DNA of 64,000 nt. Origin: Klebsormidium nitens (lineage: Eukaryota; Plantae; Klebsormidiophyceae). Location: NCBI GenBank assembly GCA_000708835.1, contig DF236955.1, positions 421,745 to 485,744 on the forward strand, given 5' to 3'. Both the position numbers and the translations under genes were made by a program. Positions 43,010 through 53,941 of this stretch are shown here, piece after piece; position 1 is the stretch's first letter; each line of letters starts with the position of its first letter. The notes beneath the pieces were generated by a model. The model saw only the letters and a program-made list of their open reading frames with translations. It ran no database searches and was not told the DNA's origin.

Positions 43010-46000
43010 ATGGCAGCCGTGTCAAGGCTTCAGCCTTTCAGCTGCTGCACCACTGTTACATGGCAGGCCAAGAGGCCAGTCGGCCAGCCTACCGCTACCT
43101 TAGCACGCCGCCCGACAGTCTTCCGGCCCAGCACAATCACAAGGTCCTCTGAAACAAAGGCGGGCCCCATTGGAAGGGTGCGCATCTTTCAGCCTCGCAA
43201 TGCAGTTTTCCGCCTACCAGTAATCAGCAAAGAGGCCCGACACCACTTTGCGCCAGTTGTGCGGTGCGCCGCACATGAAGTTGCTACTCATGACATGACA
43301 GCTGGCCGGCAGTTCACACAACATGTTCCCGAGGAGCAAGGAGAGGTGGCAAGCACCAGTCCACTTGCCAATCTGTTTGGCACGGCTTGTCTTTCTAGAA
43401 GGAGTGAGCAGGTTGACAATGCTGTGGGTTTGGTGTTCAACACTTACCGAGAGCCTCTGATAGAGGCGCCGCCGGCAGATGCAAGACTGCCCCTTGACGC
43501 CACCTGTCACATCTTGACGGAAGGAAATATACAAGATCCGATCCTGCAAGCCCAGATTGACGCCCTCTCAGAGGAGCAAGCAATCCTGAAAGCGTCCTTC
43601 CCAGCTTCCCACGATGGACCCCTACCTTTGCCTGACTCCCTGGAATGGCGACTGTCAAGCCTTTCGCGAGTTACCACAGTCGACGAACCCCCCCCAGAGA
43701 ACACAATCCAGAAACTTCAAAACATGCTTAGGGGCACTGCAAGGCTTCTAGGGGCGCTAGTACTGGCCTTTGCTTTTGCTCTCTGTACCCCCCACCCTGC
43801 GCCAGCGGCCCGCAGCATGGGTCGCGCAGGCGGGGGGGGGTTCTCCAGCAGCCGCTCGAGTAGGGGGTCCAGCCGCTCGAGTGGGCGTTCCAGCCACTCT
43901 AGTTCTTCCCACTCCCACCGCTCTAGATCTTCCAGATCTCGCCGTTCTGGTCTTCGCGTTCCTCTCCCAGTTGCGGCGGTTCTGCTTTTGGCTTACATTG
44001 CTCCAGAAGTGCTAGGAGCACTTCTTGAGGCCGATCGAGCCCGCGCTGATTACAAGTACCTGTACGAGTATTCTTTCTCCCCTTCCACTCGATCAGCCGT
44101 CTGCGCGCAGGTGCAGCTGAAAAGCCCGCTGAAAAGCCCCAGCCCAAGCCACTATGATCTTCAAGCTCGTCAGAAGAGCACAGACGGTGAGTGAATTGGA
44201 CGTGCGCGTCGCGTCTTGTAGGCTCCGCTTCACGGCCCGATACTGCAGGCTTTGAACTCAATTTGACCACAAGCAAGGACTGAAACAATATTGTACTGGA
44301 GGCCTGAAGTAGAAAGTTTGAGCGCCTCCTTAGTAGTTTGAAGATATCAGCATTCGCTCTCTTTTGTCGGTTGTATGCAAACGGATCTACAATGAGACAA
44401 AATATTACTCTAAGAAAAATAGAACTTTGAAATTTGATTTGGAAGCCAGAGGGTAAAGATAGATTTGAAGGTCCCAGCAAAGAAACCAAGTTTTCAAATA
44501 CTTCTACTCTAGGACACCGCCTGATGAGAGCATGGTGAGAGCGCAAATCTGCGTGAACGAGTTCAATCTATGTTGATGGGGAGGCATCCGGTTCGGAGCG
44601 GTCTCCCTACTGATCCACCACAAAGAGAAGTCTCCACATAGTTTCCAAGCCTCTGAACTGCGTTGCAGGCAGCGGTTCCCCGGAATCCGAAGAGCCGCAC
44701 CTGAACTCCCACTCCCGTGGCGACACGGCGGCATCAACCCTCGTTCATTCGGGCGGCCCCACCGTGACCTGGCCTTCCTCCGGAGCCGTTTTCCAGTATT
44801 CCGATACCAATGACCTGTTGCTGGGGGCCTATTTTCGGAGTTTGAGCGGCGACACGTGGCAGCAGCAGGAGGCTGGAATCGAGTCTCCCGGTCTGAAAGA
44901 AGCCGCTGCCGATGCTGAATCCCGGAACGCCAACCTTCCCGGAGAAGGCAGTATTGCGTTGGGGAGTCTTGTTTGGGCGGAAAAGGTGGATAGAATCGAA
45001 GAATTTTCTGTAGGGGAGAAAGACGGTTACGTGGGGGCTGACGCCAGCAGGGCCCTGGAAAGGACGCGCGCTGACGTCGGCAAGAGTGGCGCCCTGGAAG
45101 GAACGCGCTTGTACGCTTTTGACGCGGATGCGAAGAAGGTCATTACGGTCGTCCAGATTCAGGTTGGCTAAAGATTCGAACGGCTTGCGGCCCTCATGAT
45201 CTTGTGGAAAACGCCTTAATACGTTCCAATGGAACAAATGATCTCAGATGCTCAACGTCCTGGAACGAGCTTGACGATCTTCCGATTGGTCTTGTAGCAA
45301 CAGATTTCGGGGGTTCTGATTCGGTAGTGCTAAAGGGACTCTAGACAGCAAATGGAATACGTTCCCTTCAAGGACTCGGTAGGAAAGACACTCTTGACAC
45401 GTCTGTTGTATTATCTGTTTTCGCATCCATTGGTGTTTCCGTTGAAACACAGCAGTCGTTTTGCTTGCGTTCGGGGGCCTCTTCTTGAGAGTCGCTGATT
45501 TGCATGCAGGTTGCTCTGCTGGGCCAGGCCACGTCGGTTCAACTGCAGATGGATAAGTTATGCGAGGAGGCGAAGACGGGCTCTAAGGAGGGACTGCATA
45601 ATCTTCTAACAGGTGAGCCTTACCTGATTGGTGCGCTTATTAATGAATGACTTCAATGGTTTCCGAGGAATATGACATCCATCCTTGCCTCAAACACATG
45701 ATAAAGGCCTGACACATGAGAAAACCGTCAACGAAAGGAAAGTTTTTGGGGGCATCTCATGATTGTCAAAGAGTCGGCGCTGCTTATACCGTCTTCTAAT
45801 ATCTCACGCAATCACTAAGGCCTAAGGCCTTAGGGTCGATGAGAAAGATGCTCGGTGCTCAGGAGAATCCGTCTTGAAAGGTGGTTTGAAGAGACGATCA
45901 GGCGCACTGGCTTGCACTTATGGAGGTCGTCTGTGCTCTGCAGCCTTCGATGAATGTTTGCAAACAGATTTGCTGCATCACGTGCTCTAATGAACCTTTG

Positions 46001-46377
46001 CTTCTTTCCAAAAATCAGTCCAGTTTGAACTTATGTTTGAAGAGGCCGGTCAGGACCCGCCGAGTCTTGAATGAAGGCAACAAGAAACCCTGGACTTCGA
46101 CTTGCAGGGTTCCTAGCGTCTGTGCATCGCCTTGGTATCTGAAAGATGACCCAAAGATCCTTGGTATTCGTTGACAGCTTCACCGACAATAAATGTTTGC
46201 GGCTCAATCTGTACCTTGTTATCTTGTGCCTTGCAGGTGCTCGACATTTTGTGGGTGCCTCAGGAAGATGACGACACGCTGACGCACGCCGAGCTTATCG
46301 AGAACTTTCCTGATCTGTCGCACATGTGTTACTGTCACGGTTTGTGTTGTGGACCAGGTGGAGATGGCGTTTGTTAA
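43010..46377 (+). pseudogene. DUF1517/FLAP1-like copy A, internally deleted
   Basis: Transit-like N-terminus, hydrophobic stretch then ARSMGRAGGGGFS. It has TVVQIQ|V (donor after 45162), exon 45510-45612 (LLGQATSVQLQMDKLCEEAKTGSKEGLHNLLT) and terminal exon 46237-46377 (VLDILWVPQEDDDTLTHAEL). The four exons that lie between these in copy B are not visible, and the splice phases (1 to 0) do not match. Confidence 0.75.
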
Positions 46378-48266
46378 GGAGAAAGCACGGTGTTGTAGAC
46401 CACAGCTTTGATTGTTGAAGGCTTCTGCCTAGTAGCGTTGGTCTGAACTGGTTAAGACAGGACTGCTCAGGGACCGGTACATATGGTTTTCTGGACGGGG
46501 ACGGAAAGGATTCATTTTTGCATAGCTAGGACAGTCGTTGTCAATCGTGCGAGACTTGTAGCAGTACTTTGTTGAACGTTTTTCTCCAGCCAAAGCTTGC
46601 AGGCGTCTCGCCGAAGGAGTCGGTGGGTACATTACGGATTGTTTCTTCGTAAAGGACATTTGCAGGCCCTAACAATTGTCATTGTCAAGGAGAACCTGGC
46701 GTGGAGAAGAAGTTGCACGCCTCGGATTGGAGGCTTGCAGATTGTGGAAGGAAGCCCCATTAATTCTCATTGTCTAAGCGAAGTACTTTCAAAGGGTTTT
46801 GATTCAGTTTGTATTCGAACCGGTTCCGCTAAGTCAACAATTACTGTCCTACTACACTAGCTCGCTTTTCTTAAGCAAGTGTGAAATTCACCAGTTGTAA
46901 TAAACGACCTACGTACAGAGTGAAACGGATTTTCGATCTTCTATCTGCTGTCGAAGGCTTGGATATAATGTGGAACACCGGCCTTCGAACATCACTAGAA
47001 GCCGCGAGCAATCATGTGCCTAGGCGACATTTATGGAGGGGCCCATACCGCAATCCCGAGAGCCACTGGCGCTACTGTGATACCGCGCGACAACAAATCA
47101 CATTGATTCTACGCGCCGCAGCGTTAGTTGGTAGCACTCTTCGCTCAGATCTAACCTCGGATCTATGTAATGCAGTCACACCGTCCAGTATAAGCGACCA
47201 CGCCAAACTTCAGAAGTCAAATTAAGATCAAATTGAGAAGCGCTGGCAGCCCCAGTCTGATCAACGCGACTTGCAACAATGAGCTATGGGGCCACATCCT
47301 GCACAGAAACAGCAATGCAAGCTAGGATTGGTAGGGGCTGGTGACCGCAGTATACGTAACTCCACGTAGCCCCCTCTACCAATCAACCAATGTACGCTCG
47401 CTACAGGTCGCGCTAGTTGACACTACTGACTCAAGCAGCAGCTAGCATGTGTATTGAACTGTGGGCCTAGTGCCACTGCCAAGTATGTATGGAGGCTGTG
47501 GCGCTCTTTCTCCCTTCTGACCCGCTTGTCTGGCTCTTTCAAAAGTCACAAAGTCTTCCCAGAATTAACAGCGCTTGCCCGATGGGATTCTATGTCCAGC
47601 TTGCTGAGGTACTGGGGTACTGATACCCCAGCTGCATCGGCATTTCAAACAATAATCAGTTATTTTTGCCAATTATTTAATCAAGAGATTCATGAATCCT
47701 CAGTGAGTGTTTCAAGTTTGTTGAGTGACTCAGTGAACTGAAGCCTCAAGTTCACTACTACGCGCGCCGCGCGCACAAGAACCCCAAGACCGGCATACTC
47801 GAACCGTACGATACAAAAAGTGGGAGTCCTGGAACGTTGATAATTGTCGGACACCTTGGCGCCGACTCGCATGTGATTCGCCGCGCAAAGCTCGGCCCTG
47901 AGTCGTCGCTCCGACTCGCCTCCCGGGCGGGCGGAAGGCCGTGCTTTGCGGTCGAATGATGGAGCTATAGCCTATGATCATGATGTGCAGTCTGCATTCC
48001 GGCCCCGAACGAGTTAGGTACGCCAATGGTTCGTACCTACTAGGAACAATGCATCTGCAGCAGCTCGTGTCCAGGCTGACTACAGGGGAGCCATCTTGAC
48101 CGGTGAGCTGACGACAAAGCTGGCCAAAGCATAGTTACGTTAGCTTATTATGAAGTAGCTAAGCAAAGACTACAAATCAACGATTCCTAAAAGGCTAGCT
48201 ACAAGAAAGCCTCGACCCAACTTCTTCAAATACACCGACACCTCAGAGGGTTGTGCGAGCTCGATC

Positions 48267-51200
48267 ATGGCAGCCGTGTCAAGGCTTCAGCCCTTCAGCT
48301 GCTGCACCACTGTTACAAGTACCGCTTCCGTAGCACGCCGCCAAAAAGTACTCCCCAGCACAATAACAAGGTTCTCTAGAACAAAAGTGGGCGTCATTGG
48401 AAAGGTGGGCGTCTTTCAGCCTCGCAATGCAGGCTTTCCCCTACAGGTGTTCAGCAAGGAGGCCCCGCACCTCTTTGGGGCGCCAGCTGTGCGGTGCGCC
48501 ACACGAGTTGCTACCCATGATAGGACAGCTGGGCAGCTCACAGAATGTGCCCCTGAGGAGCAAGGAGAGGTGGCAAGCGCCAGTCCGCTTGCCAACCTGT
48601 GTAGCACGGCTTTCGTCTCTAGAGGGGCTGGGCAGGTTGACAACGCTGTGGGTTTATTGTTCAAATCTTATCAAGAGCCTCTCATCGGGGCGGCGCCGGC
48701 AGGTGCAACAGTGCCCCTTGGTGCCAGCTGTCACATCCTGACTGAAGGTATCATGGAAGATCAGATCCTGCGAGCCCAAATTGACGCCCTCTTAGAGGAG
48801 CAAGCAACCCTGAGAGCGTCTTTCCGAGCCCCCCCGGACGGACCTCTCCTCTTGCTAGAGTCTCTGGACCTGCGTCTGGCACGCCTTTCGCCAGTCGCCT
48901 CAGTGGACGAGACCCCCTTCGAGAACACACCCCAGACATTTCATAACATGCTTAGGGGCACCGCAAGGCTTCTAGGGGCGCTAGTATTGGCCTTTGCTTT
49001 CGCCCTTTGTACCCCCCACCCTGCGCTGGCGGCCCGCAGCATGGGTCGCGCAGGCGGGGGGGGCTTCTCTGGCAGCCGCTCGAGCGGGTCGTCCAGCCGC
49101 TCTAGTTTTTCCAGCTCCAGCCGCTCTAGTTTTTCCACCTCCAGCCGCTCTAGTTCTTCCACTTCTCGCCGTTCTCGTTCTTCCAGTTCCCACTGGTCTG
49201 CTTCCCCACGTGGCGGCAGCGTTTCGACAGAGGCCCTCACGGATGCCGNNNNNNNNNNNNNNNNNNNNAAGTATGGGGCGGCGGGTTTTCGGGAGACGCT
49301 GCCGACTACTCCGATGCATGGGGCGGCAGCATTCGGGAAGAGGCCACTGATAGTGCCAAAGCATGTGGCAGTAACAGTCCAGGAAACGCTGCTACCTATG
49401 CAAAAGCATGCGGCCGCGTTCTTTCGGCAGAGGAGGCCAAAATACTTGCCGAATTCTATCAATTAATTATTTGTTTAGTGTTGTTTTCGTTCTTTGTTCC
49501 TTGGAAGCGTTTGAAGACCAGCTGGATGAGGGGGAGGGAACTAAGAAAGAGGGGAGCAGCTTCTAAAAGGGCGGGATGGAGCGACGATAATACTCTGGGT
49601 AGCTTGAGAGGGGGGATCGGGTATGCGGTTGCTAATGTTAGCTGGGGCGTGGAGAAGACGCGTGCTGACGTCAGCAAGAGTCGAGCCACAGAAGCAGCGC
49701 ACGTGTACGAGTTTGACTTCGATGGAAACAGGCTTCTTACAGTGGTCAAGATTCAGGTGGGTTAAAAGGTCTTCCTTCTACGTCGCACCCTCTACCTTTG
49801 CAACACACTTCAAGCAAGCAGATCGCGGAGGGAAGCGTCGCTGCAAAGCTCGTCAATATTCTGAAACAAGCTTGCGCCCTCCAATGATTCTCGAACTGAA
49901 AGTTTGTATGGGATGAGGGCTTTGCAATCACGTTTGAGGATCGTTTTCGCTGGTGGATTTGGTGAGGGAAGAGACCATTCAATCATCACCCGTGTGTTCT
50001 CGCGGTTTTCAAACATTCGCTCACAATGGCGACGTGACCTCCTCACTGGGGGTCGATTTGCGTACAGGTTGCTCTGGTGGGCCAGGCCAAGTCCGTACAG
50101 GTGCAAATGGATAAGCTATGCGAGGAAGCGGATACAAGTTCTAAGGAGGGGCTGCATAACCTCTTGACAGGTAAGCTTGACTTAACTGCGGCGCACCCCA
50201 GATCAAGGAAGCAAGGTCTCAACTAAAGTTTTGTGACTGCAGCATACAATCAGAAGGAATTCCAGCAGCCTATCATGTATCGAGGGAATCCAGTGTCTTC
50301 TATGTTGGAGCATCAAGTTGCTCGAGCCGCGTTGCTTGGTCTGCCACGAAGCATCAGACACCGCTTGCACGACTTGACTCGAATGGATCGGAGTCTGGCT
50401 TGTGCATGATTTTCGGTGCCCACGTCGGATTTCCTTTCTATTCCTTTCGTCTTAGTTCAATCAATTTGTGTGCGGGCTCTCAGGCTCCGCTGTACGCTCT
50501 ACGTCTGAATGAAACAGCTGAGTGCCTCAACTAGCTAGTCGAGGTTCCTGACGTCTTTTTTGGGGGGGGCTCTGCGAAGCCAGGATGCTGACCTGTGAGC
50601 CATTCTTCTCGCAGAGATTTTGCTGGTAATCCTGCGCCACTCCACCGACTGGGCGTACGGGACCGCTCAGGTCGGATCTCAGAACTCCTAGTTCGAAGCA
50701 GTTTTCTCAAGTTACTTTCTGCGTAGATCAGGAGGGCTTTGGAAAGGACCTTGCCACGTACATGTCTCCATCGGACTATCCTCGTAAGGCACCATAGATG
50801 GTGCCTTACGATTCTATCAGCTTGAAAAAGTTCCATGTCACAGAACTTGCATTTCTCTTACAAAAGTGCAGCACGTGACAGGGTCCGCTTTAACCGATCC
50901 TTGTGATGTATGATTAACGACGCTCCCTTCTTGTGCAGATGAACGCTCTGGGTTATGATTCCGCTGAGAAAAAGTATCAGCGAACGGTGTTGGTAAGTCG
51001 AAGGCCTACATCCCTCGCTCGTTTGAAAGCGGACATTCTTTCCCTGCCGGCTTCTCGGCAGACCCTTGCTACCGCCCCAACTCGGAAATTGCTAGCACGT
51101 GTCCGTTTGCGGGTTCGGTGCTGTAGCAAGGGGACTGATCGAACTTTGATGAGTTGATTGACCTGTGAGTGACGCCTGCAGGAGGAGCGGTCCAAGGCGA

Positions 51201-52385
51201 AGCAGGAGACGCTGATCAATGCGGGTGGCAAACTGACGCCGAAGACGCCGTCCATCCGACCTCCAAACGATGACCAGCCGCCCAACGAGTTCGTCGTCGT
51301 GAGGGCCCAGCCGCAATCATATCCGCTCGGTTCATAGATTGGCACCATAAGCTTAATAACGAGTCTCAAGCGGAGTGTTTTTCAAGGATGGGTCGCTCTT
51401 TGATTGCAACTTGATTCCAACACCCCTTTGCTTGTGCCAAACAGTGCGGTAGTCACGCCAACGTCGACGGCCTTTAATGCAGACGTTTTGTTCCAGAAAT
51501 TTTTAAAGAACGAATTTGCGCTTGCAGACTCTTCTCAAGGATGGGCCGGCTAAGACGGCTTTCGTTTATGTCTATTGCATCAACCCTCGCTGAAACACAG
51601 ACACGTGCAAGCGTTATAATCCAAAGATTCATCTGGTCCAGGTCACCGTCTTGGCTGCCATCAAGGGCCGTCTCCAAACGCCCGATGGCGCAAGCCACGT
51701 CTCCACACCCCAAAGCCTCAAAATTGCGTTGCAGGCGCTGAGCGAGGTGCAGGCAAAGGATCTCGAGGTGAGCGCGCGCGCGCTCTTTGCCGTCGAGATA
51801 GTCACTTTTACTCCCTGCGTTTGGGACGATCCGCTTTGCGGGCGGTTAGAGATTTCTTCGGCGTGCTTCCGCGCCGCATGAGAGGGTTAATGGTCACACA
51901 GGAAGGTTCAAGAATTCGTTTTATTCATTCATTTACCACTCAGCATTTGCGTGCCTGAAGGCTGAAGGAGCAGGGCGTCGGCAGCCCGTTTGCTGATGGA
52001 AGCTGTGAGACCACGAATCGTTTCATCTTCGCTTCGGTTACAGCAACGATTCCGATTTGGACCCGGGCTCTTTCGATTAAAAAATTCGAAGCTGAACAGC
52101 ACTCCTCGAGTCCCGGGAACTCGATTTTGTGACTTGATAATAACAATGTCAAAAGGTGGGCAACTGGGCGTTTCCTTCAAACAGAAAGAGATGACCGAAG
52201 GTCCCGATTAGTGTTCCTTACTTACAGCCAAAGACAAACAGACTTCAAGATAGCAACGGCAACAATTTAGCCCTGTTGATTCTGCCTGGCAGGTGCTCGA
52301 CATTCTGTGGGTGCCTCAGGAAGATGACGACACGCTGACGCATGAAGAGCTCATTGAGAACTTTACCGATTTGTCTCCCGTGTGA
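48267..52385 (+). CDS. DUF1517/FLAP1-like plastid membrane protein, copy B, 7 exons
   Basis: Exons 48267-49756 (spans a 20-N gap), 50068-50170, 50615-50670, 50939-50992, 51182-51298, 51642-51767, 52293-52385. DUF1517 motifs TVVKIQVALVGQAKSVQ, ADTSSKEGLH, ILLVILRH, EERSK...ETLIN, NEFVVVTVLAA, ILWVPQEDDDTLTHEELIENF. N-terminal ALA|ARSMGRAGGGGFS is typical of the family. Confidence 0.88.
49092..49163 (+). repeat. 24-bp coding tandem repeat x3 (SSRSSFS[S/T])
   Basis: TCCAGCCGCTCTAGTTTTTCCA.C at 49092, 49116 and 49140 (third copy slightly diverged). Confidence 0.85.
49209..49453 (+). repeat. 45-bp (15-aa) degenerate coding tandem repeat, at least 5 units, interrupted by a gap
   Basis: Units: RGGSVSTEALTDA.. 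(49209), WGGGFSGDAADYSDA (49274), WGGSIREEATDSAKA (49319), CGSNSPGNAATYAKA (49364), CGRVLSAEEAKILAE (49409). Confidence 0.75.
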
Positions 52386-53941
52386 TCTTTTCTGGTCGCG
52401 AATTGTTGTGGGTCGTTTGGTGGTGGGAATCTTTGAAGACATTGAGCAGTGTCGAAGACAATGCATTTTGGCTTCTAGTAATCTTTTCTAGCCTCTGTGA
52501 AAAGATTTTAAAGTAGGACGGCTCGAGGAAAATAAAGTATGGTCTCGTGACGGAACAATTTATGTCCGTATCTGTCTATGACTATCTAGCTAGGCCTGTC
52601 TTCGTCGAAGTTGGTAAAGGCCTGTTGCTGGATTGTACTATATAAATTGTGTTGAGAAAGTCTCAGGGTCGTTTCTTGAAGGGACGGAGTGTCCGCAGGG
52701 AAGTTGCCCAACGATAGATTCAACGAACCGTTGAAGAACTCAAAGTTCCAGTAAAAGATGCCTGATAATCTGCTGCAAGAAAGCCAGATTGACAGGTTGC
52801 CTACTAGGAAACACGAGCCTTTATAATAACTCTCAATATCTAGAGAATGTGTGCTGGGAACAACTCGGACAAAGTGCTCGACTGCAAAATCCTTGAGATC
52901 AATCCTCTGTCGTGATTTAGCAGTACGTTGTTTGACTTTGCGTCACTATTTTCGCCTTATCTCAAGCGCGTAGGATTTATGGTTTCAATTCCCTTATTGC
53001 AATCTGCGCCGCAAGCTCCTATACCGCTTGCCTGATTACATTCAAAAGATACGCGAGAATGCGCGAGATGGAACCTCGTCTATGCCTACTCGGTGCACGA
53101 CTGATTATGAAGGCGTCTTATTGCTGCTCTTTTTCTGATCACGTACAAATATGCATCTCATGATATTCTGACCTTCGTGCTTCTTGTCCGCACGAGACCC
53201 AAGGTTTGTGGGCTGTTGACCTGCTCAAGATACGTCTAGTAATCGTTAAAGAATGTCCCATAGAAGCATGCATCTGGCGGAGTGGCCGCTCGGCGCCCCC
53301 GCTCCGGCGAGCGCGCCCGCGCGCACCACCGCGCTCCCGGCCGCCCGCAAACGCAACCATCTTGGGTGGCGCGACAGGTGGCCGGCTTATGACAGGACAG
53401 AAAAACCAGATGGTACTGCCCGTCTCATAGGTATAAGGTCGTGGGCTAAGCCGCTCTCTTTAAGCAGCAGCAGTCGCCAGTAGATGTCATTATTTGAAGG
53501 CGCGCCAAATAAAACATAGACCGCTTTCTTCTGGTTCATGCCCTCTTGAAGGTCAAAAGGCGTCTGTGATTACGCTTTTCAACCAATTACCTGAAGTAAG
53601 ACGTATTGTTGCTAAATGGTCTAAATCGGCTCTAGATCTCTCAATTGGCTGAATAAGATTCTGTTAATCTGCAAGACAAAGCAGCGTTAGGATGGCGGGC
53701 AGACAGCGTTGTCATGGGCCACCAGTCCTTCAACTGCACCATCCTCTTGCGGAGTAGTAGAGCCGCTAAGACCTCAGGGGATTGTTATTCTGCGCAGACA
53801 CAGCCTTTGGGGGTCAGCTTTGGCCCATCGTCTCGCTGGTTTCCCGCCCGCAACTTCTCAGGCCTGAGGTTTCGCGATTTGGAAGCTTCTAGGGTGCCGT
53901 TAGGGGGCCTCTTTGCAAGGGAGAGCGTCCCAGAACGAGCC

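Noticed and set aside
49269-49466. ORF-track frame KYGAAGFRETLP... as the continuation of FLAP1-like B
   Set aside because: The gap length is arbitrary. The alternative frame is open into the DUF1517 exon and shows the 15-aa periodicity and a TM helix.
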